NCBI RefSeq assembly: GCF_006345805.1
Contig: NC_042997.1
Coordinates: forward strand, 46,624,001-46,688,000
Reading direction: 5' to 3'
DNA: 64,000 nt
Source: Octopus sinensis
Taxonomy: Eukaryota
Under the pieces are notes generated by a model. The model was not told the origin of the DNA. It saw only the letters and a program-made list of their open reading frames with translations, and did not search any database. Both the position numbers and the translations under genes were made by a program. Below are positions 1 through 12,692 of this stretch, piece after piece (position 1 is the stretch's first letter; every line of letters begins with the position of its first letter).

Positions 1-1030
1 TCTTTCGAGATGCTGTATGTCTTTGAGGAGATAAGGAGAAGAGGCTTGAATCCCATACTCCAATATGGGTTTCACCAGCGTGACATAGAGTGGTAGGAAT
101 ATGGCTGCTGTGAGCATTCCGAATGACCGTCGAATCAAGAACAGAATTCCGCGTGCTTTGTTGGCAGCATGGACGCACTGGGCCGAAGGCGAAAAGGAGG
201 AATCCACCAAGATACCTAGGTCCTTTACCTGATCGGTCCTCTCCAGCAGCAGACGACCCGGCTCGAAATCAAGTTGAGTTGCAGGAGTAGAGCCGACAGG
301 CAGATGACAGCACTTTGACACGTTCAGACACAGGTCCCAATCGTTAGACCACTTCCAAATTTGGTGGAGGCATCGACGAAGATCCTCTATATTACCGCGA
401 GGAGCGACCAGTTTGATATCGTCGGCAAATAGAAGGGTGTGTTGCGTGAGGTCGTCGGGCAAGTCATTTATGAAGACTAAGAACAACAAGGGCCCAAGCA
501 CTGAACCTTGAGGCACGCCACTGCTCGCACTGGAGACGTCGGACCGCGAACCATTAACTTGGACTTGGAAGGAGCGATCTGAGAGGAAGGCACAACCCAT
601 CGTAGAATATCCGGATGGAAACTATATGCTTGAAGCTTGACAAGTAATAGGCGGTGGTTTACCGAGTCAAAAGCTTTGGCAAAGTCCAGTAAAACGATGT
701 CAACAGCATCACTATCATCGAGGATGCGCGTCACCAATTCTTCCATTACTAGTAAGTTGGTCAAGCATGATCTCTTCGGCACGAAGCCGTGTTGGGAATC
801 AGAGATAGAGGCTGTGTTTAGGAGGTGGAGCATCATACTTTTCTTAAGGATGGTTTCGAACATCTTGCTGATTATTGATGTAAGGGAAACCGGTCGGTAG
901 TTAAGCGGGTCTACGCGGCTCCCTTTCTTGAAAATTGGGCAGATTATCGCTGTTCTCCAGTCTGCAGGTATAACACCCGTCGCCAATGACATATTGAATA
1001 ATCGCGTTAAGGGCTCGCAGATGACCGGAG
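1..1030 (-). mobile_element. CR1-group non-LTR retrotransposon (LINE) RT fragment, 5'-truncated, runs off the left edge
   Basis: ORF 477..1055(-) has PLNYRPVSLTSIISKMFE, QHGFVPKRSCLTNL and LDFAKAFDSVNH. After a frameshift the minus strand continues with SGVPQGSVLGP and FADDIK-like RT motifs. Confidence 0.93.
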
Positions 1031-1421
1031 CCAACGCTTTGATAACTGCGGCCATGCTGGAGCACCGCCTTTACTCGAGCAAATCGACCCCGGGACTTAT
1101 TCTTTGTAAGCCCAGTACTTATTCTATCGGTCTCTTTTGCCCAACCGCTAAGTGACGGGGACGTAAACACACCAGCATCGGTTGTCAAGCAATGCTAGGG
1201 GGACAAACACCGACACACAAACATACACACACACACTTAAATAAATATATACATATATACGACAGGCTTCTTTCAGTTTCCGTCTACCAAATCCCCTCAC
1301 AAGGCATTGGTCGGCCCGGGGCTATAGCAGAAGACACTTGCCCAAGATGCCACGTAGTGGGACTGAACCCGGAACCATGTGGTTGGTTAGCAAGCTACTT
1401 ACCACACAACCACTCCTGCGC
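1027..1421 (-). mobile_element. tRNA-derived SINE (dominant octopus-type family), full length with internal microsatellite
   Basis: Minus strand reads a tRNA-like head (GGCGCAGGAGTGGTTGTGTGGTAAG...GGTTCAGTCCC), a CORE-like CTTGGGCAAGTGTCTT segment, a (TA/TG)n middle, and a 3' part ending GGCGGTGCTCCAGCATGGCCGCAG. Many homologous copies occur in the window. Confidence 0.9.
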
Positions 1422-3174
1422 CTATATATATGTATATTTATATATAAACAGTTATACATCCATAATCTGTAGGATGCGATTAGCAGACTTGTCGATATTA
1501 CCGGATATGTTAGTCCGGATTGAGTTACATTTATTTGTTTAAGTAATAACCGTATTCATATGTATTACATGGCTTTATCTGAAGCAAGATTAATTATTTA
1601 TATAATTTTATATGAACTAGATGTTTGTGTTTGAAAGGTGCATTAGTGTATACTTACGCCAAACGACGATGAAACGCTTCTAACTATTTTTATTGATAAT
1701 AAACAATTATTCTGTAAAGTATTCCAGTTGGTTTTATGTGTGTCATAGATATATTATCATATCACCTCATTCAGTCGATACAAGATCACTCGTATTGATA
1801 GGTTCATCCGTTGCTGACCAGTGTAACAAATTTTAATAGATAATTTGTAAGAACATGCAACGCAAAATTCCATGCTTTGACGCTTTTATATAAATATGTC
1901 CTATACTTAATATGATATATATCTTCTAATCAATCAACTTAATGATTGCATTTAACGTTCATATTCATCGAACATGTGCTCACTTTATTTTTGTAATATA
2001 GTTTATGGATTCTTTATTTACTCATGTTACAGCCATTGTCATCGATAATTTTTCTTGATCTTATTATTACGAAGCATTGTATTTTGCATGTCACGTCATT
2101 TACGTTCTGTGTAAATTTGTTGGTTTCAATTTATTTAATTCCTAATCAATTGTACAATCGATATAAATCTATATGTCCTTGGAAGAAGAGGGAATACAGG
2201 CTCTTGTTCTTGTTTCATTATTTCGTGATGGAGATAATTTATCGCAGTTTGATCGTGCTAGCACATACATACATGCATACCTATATAGATACATACATAC
2301 ATACACATATGTGTATATGTATGTATATATATATATATGTGTGTGTGTGTGTGGTGTGTGTGTGTGTGTGTGTATGTATATATGCTTTCTCGTTAAGTTT
2401 AATACAAGTTCTTGATAGAGTTCAAGCCAGTTGCCTAGCAAAGAAATAACACTCTTTCAGTTAAGAAAGTTTCTGGTGTTTATGAATATAAGGCTGAAAC
2501 GGTGTGTTGATTGAACTGTCAGTGAATGCACCCAATGTACGTATATCGCTTTAGAGGAGTGTGTGTTTCACACGTCTAATGGAACAACTTAAGTGCTACA
2601 TTTAACGTAAGTTTAGGCAGAACGAGGAGCAATAGTAGTCTCATTGAGATTTGCAACTGTTATCTACTTGTTGTTTACTCCTTTCATTTTTATTTGAGGA
2701 GTAAATATTTTTCTTCATTATGCTCCAATGCCACCATTATTAAACAAACAAGCAAAAAGTAAATAAAGAAATAATACCATTTTCTAATTTTTAGAATTAT
2801 TATTTATTTATTTATAGATTGATAGATATTTATTTATTTATTTTATTACAATTTACAAAATATCGTTAAAGACAATTCTAAGTGTTATTCCTCGTTTTTA
2901 GAGTCTCGGGCAAGAAATAAATATATCTGTTACCTTTCCTTTTTATCGATGTTTATGCATTTGCTGTAGGTTATTAGCTGAATATTCATTTGCCACGCAG
3001 TCAAACCAGGTGTGTTTACCGTCCAATGCTATCTTATATATTTGATGATGCTGCATCTGCATGACGCCTGTCCAGTGGCTAAAATCACTGTAAAGTGTAA
3101 AGGAATTGTGTTGTTCAAGTTAAATGCAGGTACGGTTGGAGTTATAATTATTAGTATTTCTTCCACTAAGACTG

Positions 3175-3410
3175 TGGGGGTGTGTGGCATAGTGGTTAGA
3201 GTGTTAGTCTCGTGATCTTAAGATTAGGGTCTCTATTCCTGGACCAGGTGACGCGTTGTTTTCTTGAGCAAATCACTTCATTGCACATTGTTCCAGTCGA
3301 CTCAGCTGGCAAAAAGGAGTCATCCTGCGATGGACTGGTGTCCCGTCCTGGTAGGGAACATATATATCATGAAAATCGGGAAACCGGGACTATCAGGAAG
3401 GAACTTTTAC
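3175..3410 (+). mobile_element. Second tRNA-derived SINE family, degenerate
   Basis: A-box-like TGGCATAGTGGTTAG, then CTTGAGCAAATCACTTCA and CCTGCGATGGACTGGTGTCCCGTCC (resembles a V-SINE-type central domain). Confidence 0.6.
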
Positions 3411-4251
3411 TTACACTAAGATTATAATCCCTATCCAAAATCAGCGCCATTATAATCAGCACGTTCATCAGCACCGCTATCCGCACAACCCAGATTCGAT
3501 AGCACCACCACCGCCATAACCAACAGCATCAGCATCATCGTGGCAGCCTGACTATACTTGCTGTTTCCTCTGAAATATAGCAGATATTTCGGAGAGCTGC
3601 GAATGTATTTCTTTAGTTCTTTATTTCATTGAAGCAATCATCGTCACACACTGCTCTATTGGTTCTATATACGCAGTGTTGATTATTTCACGCTGTTAAC
3701 ACTGTTTCTTTTCCCCCTCCCTTTGTCCTGGAATTTTTGCCATAGTGGCGAATAGAGATATTGAAAAACAACAAATATTGACTTGTCAGTAGATCTAGAT
3801 GTTTGACTGATTTAACAAGCTAGTTTTATTGACTATGCCACGATTCAGCGATTATTCCAACGTAATATATATATATATAAAAAAAAAATCTAGGTAAGAA
3901 TTATTGGTGTAGAGCAAAGTCATTGGAGAAATATTTAAGTGAATTTACGAATTCAGTTTGCCTACATATATCTAAATATCATGCATAATGTCCATAATGT
4001 TTATATATATATATATTTGGCATAATGTGGATAAATATCGTATAATACATACTTTATATATTTGGAGACATTTGTAACATACAGGATTCATAAGCAAACT
4101 GATGCACAATCTAGAATATAGGTTATAGAAATGTCGGTGGCTATAAAGGATTACGGTTAAACATAAGAGCTAGTATGAATACAATCTGCATACGATTAAG
4201 TTTTACGCTTAGGGTTAAATGTTAGGATGTTAAAGGTTAGGAGTTACCCTT

Positions 4252-4294
<43 letters not shown>

Positions 4295-4299
4295 GTATA

Positions 4300-5207
4300 T
4301 AGGAAATTTAAAAAAATGAAAATATACACACTTTACATAGTTTTGATATAATTTATGATATATCGACCAGTTTCGCTTTCGCTATTCATGATATTATGGT
4401 TTACTTATTTGAATATGTATTTTCTTAAAAAGAAATTGTTGTCCATGTTATGTGTGATGATATTTACGAGTGAATGACTTCACAAGTAGAAAAATAAGGG
4501 AGGTAATTGGTTATCGTTATTATTGTTATTATTGTGGGCAAGAGAGATAATAGTTCGGCTTTTGGTAAGGGGAGTGGATTATATATGTACAGACAAAAAA
4601 AGGGGGTTCGAAAAACTTGTTTAGTGAGGGGATTGCTAGGAGGTTGGTATTTCTGCCTTGGAAAATTGCTTAGGAGCACGTATTTAGGGTTTCTTCGTTG
4701 GAATGAATTGTTAGAGTGCTACCTACCCCAACTTAATTGACGGCTCGGATTTCCTTTTGAAGCAAAGAGAGAGGTTCACAATTAAAACTAGTTTCACTTG
4801 AGCCTCTGAGAACCTAATTTATGTAATAACCTGCTCGGGTTGCGTACACAACTATATTGGACAAACAAGCATGACCTTGAGAAGGAGAACCACTCTACAT
4901 AAAGAGCAAATCCGTTTCCCGCAATACAGGCAAATTCCTCTCAGTGAACATATAGAAAAATGTGCAAACAACATGAAACAAAATTTCAGTCTTCCCCTTC
5001 TACCAGTGCAAAGACACAATCTCTCCACAAGAACGTTTAAATAAAGAAACATTTTTTCATTGAAAAATACAGAACATGTCTTAATATGCACACATAACCA
5101 ACTTTTATCTTTTTACATATTTCAATTCACGATTACATCACTGTACATAAATCCCCTCATTAAACAAGTTGTTCGAAAGCCCTTTTTTGTCTGTACATAT
5201 ATACTCC
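4300..5207. mobile_element. Penelope-like element remnant: inverted pLTR (minus) joined to a GIY-YIG 3' fragment (plus)
   Basis: 4760-5035(+) translates ERFTIKTSFT*ASENLIYVITCSGCVHNYIGQTSMTLRRRTTLHKEQIR, homologous to 16486..16800(-). Inverted repeat 4571-4634/5149-5207. HHR motif at 4360-4394. Abuts (TA)n. Confidence 0.85.
4360..4394 (-). ncRNA. Minimal type-I hammerhead ribozyme motif, A3-U8 core variant
   Basis: Minus strand: ATATC | ATGAATA | GC-GAAA-GC | GAAA | CTGGT | C | GATAT. Stem I is 5 bp, stem II is 2 bp with a GNRA loop, and the cleavage triplet is GUC. Confidence 0.65.
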
Positions 5208-5325
5208 TTTGTAGGCCTGCTACTTATTCTATCGATGTCTTTTGCTGAAACGCTACGTTACGGGGACGTAGACACACCAACATCGGTTGTCAAGCGATAG
5301 GGACAACACACACACACACCACACA

Positions 5326-5345
<20 letters not shown>
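5208..5345 (-). mobile_element. SINE 3'-half fragment
   Basis: TACTTATTCTATCG...CCAACATCGGTTGTCAAGCGAT matches the 1027-1421 family. Confidence 0.8.
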
Positions 5346-5358
<13 letters not shown>

Positions 5359-5359
5359 C

Positions 5360-5515
5360 TTTATTTAAAGCAGCAGAAAATTCAACAAAACCTGTTACTC
5401 TGAGTTTCACGTTGCCGTTCATCGGGCAGTTTTTTCTAGCAAAAACTGTCCGATGAACGGCAACGTGAAACTCAGAGTAACAGGTTTTGTTGAATTTTCT
5501 GCTGCTTTAAATAAA
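5360..5515. repeat. Near-perfect 75-bp-arm hairpin (inverted duplication of a PLE-type terminus)
   Basis: Arms 5360-5434 and 5441-5515 are reverse complements with one G/T mismatch around a 6-nt loop TCTAGC. Confidence 0.97.
5446..5483 (+). ncRNA. Type-I hammerhead ribozyme motif, U4C core variant
   Basis: CTGT | CCGATGA | ACG-GCAA-CGT | GAAA | CTCAGAGT | A | ACAG. Stem III is the quasi-palindrome ACTC-A-GAGT and the triplet is GUA. Confidence 0.7.
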
Positions 5516-8500
5516 GCATATTACTCTACCACTGGTATTTGAGTACATTTTTTTCCACATTGTTTCACATTTATGTGTTTACTCCGGTATATATATTTCT
5601 ATATATATATATATACTGTCCCTGAAATGCATTGAATGATCATAAAGTCAGAGTCTATTACAATACATTAAATTTTCAAAATTCAACGTAATCTACAGAC
5701 AGTTAAACTTCTATGAGCACCGTTTTCTAAGTAATGAAAATTCTGGTTCAGTTACTGTTGATAAAACAAATCAAGGGAATCCCAGTTACCAACAAACATT
5801 TCGTTCAGTATTCGTGAGCATTTTAGTTCAATAGCTGCCTTCAAGTCGTTGATTGTTATTAATTATAAACCGTGAAATGTATATTTTATGTTTCCTCATA
5901 AATAAAGTTTAGTAGTGTGAGGCCAATTAACGTCGAGAGTATTCTTCTAAACCTCGTCCAATCTACCTGATTAGCAAAATCTCATCGAAGAGGTGGAGGG
6001 GACTTCCTTTTCTATGGTAGTGTGGGAGTGCTCTAGCTGGTGGGATATACAACTCCACATTTTTAGAGTTCTCTTGAATGGTTGGCTTTCTAGATTGTTG
6101 GAAATAAATAAACCCAATAAAACATTTTGATAATTAGTCCTAGCAAATCAATATGATGTTCTTCTCTAATACGTGGATTCTGAAGTCCTCAGATGGTACA
6201 AGTGGGGAAATTAACCGTTCCGAACAATCTTTAGTGAAAACCGTTTAACTTGTGCGCATCAAGCTGAATACCACTCACAAAACTACACTCTACGCAACGC
6301 ATTATCTTCATTGACATCATTGGACACCTCTTTGCACCTGGCTGTCTTCAATGACAAACATACGATGTCCATCTCACACCACGCTCACTTCATAGATTTT
6401 CCTGAATTCTAGCAACGCGATTTTTGTACCCGTTTTCACTTTGAGGGTATTGTCGAAGTTTAGCGGTCCTCTGGAATGTTTCATGTGCATATTCTGAATA
6501 ATTCCAGCTACTTCTAACTCATATCGAATTCAAGTCGTGGTAAGTCTTGTAGGTGCATCTGTTTGAAGCCTCCTTTTAGACTGTCTTCGCACTTCAAAAA
6601 ATCAAACAGCATTTTAGATTATGTTTCCTTTATTCAAAGATTAAACAAGCTTTCGTTATCATTTTCTAAAGAGTTAAATCTAAAAAGAAATGAAAGTTAC
6701 ATGAATTAGTGACTTATACGCTGTTAAAATTTATATATACATTACGTATGTATGTATGCACGTACATATATGTTCACGGTATGGAAAAGTGTATTTCGAA
6801 GTAAACAAGGTTATAGTTAATAACATGTAAATATTAGTTTGAAAACCCTTTTTGAGTAGTAAGAGGCCAAGGCTGACGGACTTTATCTGACAAGGGTTTT
6901 CAGCCCAATATTTACATGCAACCATTCATAGTTTTACATGTTTCGAGGTACATTGTTTCCAAAAACACATATATATGTATGCACGAGCACACACACAAAC
7001 ACACACACATACATCACATAACATACACACATATCACAAACACACGCGCACGCATGCACGCACAAACAAACACACACGCATGCATACACACACACATTTT
7101 GTTCTAATTTATAATTTTTTATATCTTGAATTCTCGTCTTTCAGAGTTGCGATCAGTTGCCACAACCTATTTCCCCTGCATTACTTGGAGTTTTCAATAA
7201 ATTGAAGAGGCATCGTGCCCGATATTCAGTACGACCTAACTTATCTTAATTATCCCAATACATGCTATTGGACCTTTTGAGATATTGTCGCTTAGCTGCT
7301 ATTAATTCATACATACATACATACATGCATACATACGTACGTACGTACGTACGTACACACATGTCGTGTAAATAAGTAATAAATTACGCATGGGAGGTGA
7401 TTAAAGTAAGTAACGAATGCTTACTCTAATGTGTCTGTTCGAATACACTTATGAATTCGCTTACTATAACTGGCAAGTGCCGAATTTAGAGAGCTCCTCT
7501 CAATAACATGGCTGTGAACTGAATATAGTAATAACCATTCTAAGACAAGGTATCATCATTTACACAATATAGCAATGAACGAAGGTTCATGAAATTTTCT
7601 GTATCCTAAGAATAGCGCTTGGCAGTTAAATCATTATTCATATATAATTTATGTTTTATAGGCAACAATGAATATATTTCGTAGCAATTTTAGAAAGTAA
7701 TTAAATAATTTGACCTTAAATGCCAATTTGTTCTATTTGTTTCTATCTTTAGCAGAAACTACTTACTACATGAAGGTATTTTAAATTTTCCGTGTAACTT
7801 CTGTAACGCTGGAAAAATGTTCATTAAGATACCCATTGAGTGTTCGAGGGGAAATCTTTAGTTAATTCTCTGTGTGTTTTTTTAGAAATCAATTAAATAA
7901 TTTCTAGTCTTAAAATATCAATTCTGTTTCTATGTTTAGTTTCTTTTTCTCTTTGAGCGAATTTTAAATTTGCTGTCTTTCTTCTTTTTTTCTTTCTTGA
8001 TTGTAAAGAATTTCTAATGCTATATTTTCATTTAAAATAAATTAACTCCAGTTACTCTCTCTCTCTCTCTCTCTCTCTCCTTCCACGTTCGCACAGACAC
8101 ACACATACGCACACATACACAGGTCCACATACATGCATAAACATATACGTACGTACACCATAGATACATACAAACCTACATACATACATACATACAAACA
8201 TAAATACTTACGTACATAAATGCATGCACACATACATACACAATCTTAGTCATATTTAAATATTCTAATCTTGTTGAGAATTTTTTAATCTGTTGCTCAA
8301 GGTAATGAAAGACAGCAAATTCAGCTACTAAGACGCTATTTTGCAGTCAGAAATGTATTATATCAACAGAAACTATTAAAATCATACTTAAAACGTAACC
8401 TATAAAGTATAGCCGTAAATTATTAACGACTTAGATTATAAAGGTTCCTTCTAAATAATGAAGTGTTTAATTGTGTTTAGCCTCTTGTCGTCGGCAAGTT

Positions 8501-9049
8501 AACGGTTTAAGTATTATCAGTTCGTAAGACTCCACTGGTTCATTGCAGTTATGTTCGTAGTATATTCACTTCAAATGTATCGGGTAAAATCATATCTGAT
8601 CGAGCTACTTGTCGATTTGTATGTTTATGACAATAATGCTCATTGTTTTCTTGTTTTAAAGAAGGTAGTGCGTCATTTGAGGTATACTTTGAGACTATTT
8701 TTTGCAATCCTAGCGACTGCATAGAGGCCGATGGGCTGGTTGATACTGAAGGAGCGAAATACTTTACAAGGTTAGAGGGGTTTTTGAGGACGCTTAATTA
8801 GTAGTACATTACTATCTTCAGATTATTTAAAAGGTTTTCACTTCTTTCTGATCTCTTATGGCAAATAAATTGTTAATACAAGAAATAAAAGAATACTTGC
8901 AATCATTCTTACCATATGTATGGAAAGAGTGACTTAGAAATTCCTAACTTTCTACATATTGCAATATCTTTTGTACACAGTGTTCAATTTTGTTGGAAGA
9001 CTCTGGCGAGAATGTTTCAGCTGTATAAAAGAGAAAAACATTCTAAAGT

Positions 9050-9830
9050 TTAGGATATTGCAATTCATCCAGTGGGCTGAACACATTATGATGATGATAC
9101 CGAGAAAAGCAACGTGAAACAGCATCAAAGAACTTCAGGTGTCGGAGTGGTCTATCAGACATGTGCGCGACGACATGTGCATGACGATATTAGACGCAAG
9201 TCGTATATACTGAGGAGAAGCAAGTTCATATCTGCAATAATACAGGAAAACTAGTTAATTTTGCCAAACGGTTACTTAATAAGGTGAAAAACCTCTTACG
9301 AACATGTCATACTTTGGTTCTACTCTATGGGAAAATCTGCAGCTAAGCTCAAAAGTGTAATAGGAAAAATGGCAGCTTGTTATGTACGGAGGCTTCTTCA
9401 TGTCCCGAGAGTGATGGACACTATGTTTCCAGCAACTGTGATGGTTGTAGGATTGATGAGTAAAGAATAGAATGTCATGTCACCTCACATCATTCCGCAG
9501 GGTCTTCAAAATAATGTTGCTGGACACGTCGAAGTGATGGAAACTGTTGTTAAGATCTAGGTGGATGCAGAATGCAGTGGAAGGATGTACGTGCAGGTGA
9601 GGTCAAGACACCACAACGCACAAAATTTACGAACCCAACAATGGATGTCAGACAATTTGTACGGTCTTGTGATACCAAATTTGTTGCCGTCAAACTTGCC
9701 AGATTTCAATACCATGAACTAATACTACACATGGAGCGCAGTTAAAAGGAACACCAATTGACATCCTCGAAAGTTTCACTGAAAGCCGACGCTGTTCAGA
9801 CAATATCCGAAATGAATATGCGCCATTGAG
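9050..9830 (+). pseudogene. Tc1/mariner-superfamily (DD37D/maT-like) transposase relic
   Basis: Translates HVPRVMDTMFPATVMVVGLMSKE*NVMSPHIIPQGL...EVMETVVKI*VDAECSGRMYVQ and QQWMSDNL...PSNLPDFNTMN*YYTWSAVKRNTN*HP. These are degenerate forms of the conserved DDD-domain motifs, with several stops. Confidence 0.75.
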
Positions 9831-9861
9831 GGCAGGCATCTTTTATCATTTGTCTATTATT

Positions 9862-10076
9862 CGTTTCAGTCAGTCGACTGTGGCCATGCTGGAGCAGCAC
9901 ACTGAAGGGTTTTAGTCGAGCAACTCAAACCCAGGACGGTTTCAAACCTGGTACTTTTTCTAGCGTTCACTTTTACTGAAACTCTAAGTTACGAGGACGT
10001 AAAAACAATAACACTACTTGTCAAGTGGCGGTGGGTGACATACACAGACAGAGACACACAAAGATTAATAGACAAA

Positions 10077-10125
<49 letters not shown>

Positions 10126-10230
10126 GTACTTATATATATATATATATGTATACACACAAATATATATATGTATATATGTATACATATATGTGTGTGTATG
10201 TATATATATATATATACATATATATATACC
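9862..10230 (-). mobile_element. SINE 3' half (element split by the RTE insertion)
   Basis: TTTCAGTCAGTCGACTGTGGCCATGCTGGAGCA...GTCAAGTGGCG then a (TA/CA)n tract. The remainder of the SINE lies at 12398-12692. Confidence 0.85.
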
Positions 10231-12397
10231 CGTCTGCTGCGGGCTCACCAAAATGACACCACCTGCACGGCAAAGAAGGCCGCTTTCAACAACATTCGCA
10301 GCACAGTCCAGGCTAAACTCCGCCTCATGCAAGATGCATGGTTAAGCGCCAAGGCGGATGAGATTCAGGGATACGCAGACAAACACGACACCAAGAAATT
10401 CTACGAGGCGCTGAAAGCTGTCTATGGACCGCAGTTCTCCTTTGGATCAACCCCCCTGCTCAGCTCAGATGGAACCTCACTCCTGACTAACAGAGGCTGA
10501 TCCTGGAGAGATGGGCGGAGCACTTCAACATCGTGCTCAACCGACCAGCCCAGATCAACGAGGAAGCCATCGCACGACTCCCCCAGGTGCCGACAACCAC
10601 GAGTTGGCTGTTTCCCCTGCAGTCGGGAAGTGAGCAGAGCCATCAAAAAAATGTCCACCGGAAAAGCTCCAGGCTCTGACGCCATCCCTGCAGAGGTGTT
10701 CAAGTCGGGAGGCCCCACCATGATCAGTCAGCTCACCAGCCTGTTCCAGTCGATGTGGGACAGGGAACAACTCCCTCAAGATTTCCGGGATGCAACAATC
10801 GTCCACATTTATAAGCGGAAAGGAGATCGGCAGTCCTGCGACAACCACCGAGGTATTTCCCTCTTGTCCATAGCAGGCAAGATCCTGGCCCGGGTCCTGC
10901 TTGACCGCCTTCTGGAACACTTGGAGCAAGGCCTTCTCCCTGAGAGCCAGTGTGGCTTCCGTGCGGGTCGAGGGACCACTGACATGATATTCGCCGCCCG
11001 CCAGCTCCAGGAGAAATGCATGGAGCAGCACCTTGACCTCTGCATGACCTTTGTTGACCTCACCAAGGCCTTTGATACAGTCAGTCGGGAGGGACTATGG
11101 AAGGTCATGGGAAAATTTGGTTGCCCCAGCAAATTTATTGCAATTGTCCGCCAGTTCACGACGGAATGACAGCCAGAATCCTTGAGGACGGCGACTCATC
11201 TGAAGCCTTCCAGGTGACCAACGGAGTCAGGCAGGGCTGTGTCCTGGCCCCAACACTGTTCAGCATCATGTTCTCGGCAATGATGTCCGACGCCTTTAGG
11301 GACTGCAAGTCCGGTATCAACATCAAGTACAGGACAGACGGGAAACTTTTCAACTCCAGGAGATTGCAGGCTATCACAAAGGTGAGGGAGACAGTCGTCA
11401 GAGACTTTCTCTTTGCTGACGACTGCGCCCTCAATGCAATCGATGAGCAGGAGATGCAGCTCGAGATGGACAGGTTCTCATCAGCCTGTGACAACTTCGG
11501 TCTCACCATCAGTGCAAAGAAAACCGAAGTGATGTTTCAGCCAGCCCCCGGCAAACAATACCATGAGCCTCAGATAAGGGTGAACGGACGGATCTTACGA
11601 GTGGTGGAAAACTTCACCTACCTGGGCAGCACTCTCTCCTGCAATGCCAACATAGATGCTGAAACCATCAACAGAATCTCCAAGGCAAGCAGCGCGTTTG
11701 GGAGACTGCGAAAGAAAGTCTGGGAGCGGAGAGGAATCAGCCTCAACACCAAGCTGAAAGTCTACCGGGCAGTCGTGCTTACCACTCTACTATACGGCTG
11801 CGAGACGTGGACTGCTTACCGAAGGCACGAGCGCCAGATAAACCACTTCCATCTCAGGTGTCTTCGGAATCTCCTTCACATCCGCTGGCAGGACAAAGTC
11901 CCAGACACGGAAGTTCTGAAGCAGGCAGATCTCCCTAGCACCATCACAATCATGCGCAAGGCCCAGCTGAGATGGGCGGGCCACGTCTCCCGCATGTCCG
12001 ACACTCGCATCCCAAAACAGCTCTTCTACGGTGAACTCGGCCAGGGCAGGCGCAAAGTCGGAGGGCAAAAAAGCGCTACAAGGATAGTCTCAGGTCTCTC
12101 TCAAAGACTTCTCCATCGGAACAGAGACACTTGCTGCCAACCGCTCATCCTGGCGCAGCGCAATCACCGTGGGAGCAGGGACAGCCGAGAAGGGACGGAT
12201 TCGGTCAGCGGAGCAGAAACGTCAGATGCGTAAAGTCAGAGCCGCCTGCACCAGTAGCACTTCCCCTACCCACTTCTGCCCCACCTGTGGGAGGGGCTTC
12301 CTTGCCCGGATTGGCCTCACCAGCCACCTCCGGTCTCATGGCGGCAGTTCCATCAGATGATGTCAGTTGGTCATCTTCGAACCGAAGGACGAACATT
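10231..12397 (+). mobile_element. RTE-clade LINE, 5'-truncated, with RT and C-terminal C2H2 finger, several 1-nt frameshifts
   Basis: GKAPGSDAIPAEVFK, DNHRGISLLSIAGKILAR, FVDLTKAFDTVSREGLW, GVRQGCVLAPTLF, LFADDCAL, FTYLGS, and [21 protein letters not shown]. Confidence 0.96.
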
Positions 12398-12692
12398 ATA
12401 TATATACATATATATATACACGTATATATACGTGTATATATGTATATATAAATATATATATATATATACATACATACATACATACATACATACATACATA
12501 CATACATACATACATACATACATACATACATACACGACGGGCAGTTTTTAGTTTCCGTTTACCAAATCCACCCACAAGGCTTTGGACGGCTCTGAGCTAC
12601 AGTAGAAGATACTTGCCGGAGTTGCCACGCAGTGGTATTAAACCCGTAAGTGGTTAGGAAGCAAGCTGCTTACCACACAGCCACGCCTGCAC
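12398..12692 (-). mobile_element. SINE 5' half (tRNA head and CORE-like part)
   Basis: (TACA)n then ACGACGGGCAG...TACCAAATCCACCCACAAGGC...TACCACACAGCCACGCCTGCACCT. Confidence 0.85.

Noticed and set aside
1658-1711. Candidate 54-nt minus-strand micro-exon (TTTACAG|…GGC|GTAAGT)
   Set aside because: The peptide is unrecognised and no partner exons were found. Such splice-like matches occur by chance in 64 kb.
4195-4250. TTAGGG-like telomeric motifs
   Set aside because: Only one exact unit in a short degenerate stretch, not an array.
4799-4801. TGA at a position that is Cys (FTCAS) in the homologous PLE at 16.7 kb
   Set aside because: A single TGT-to-TGA change in a decayed fragment that has other lesions. 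No support for recoding.
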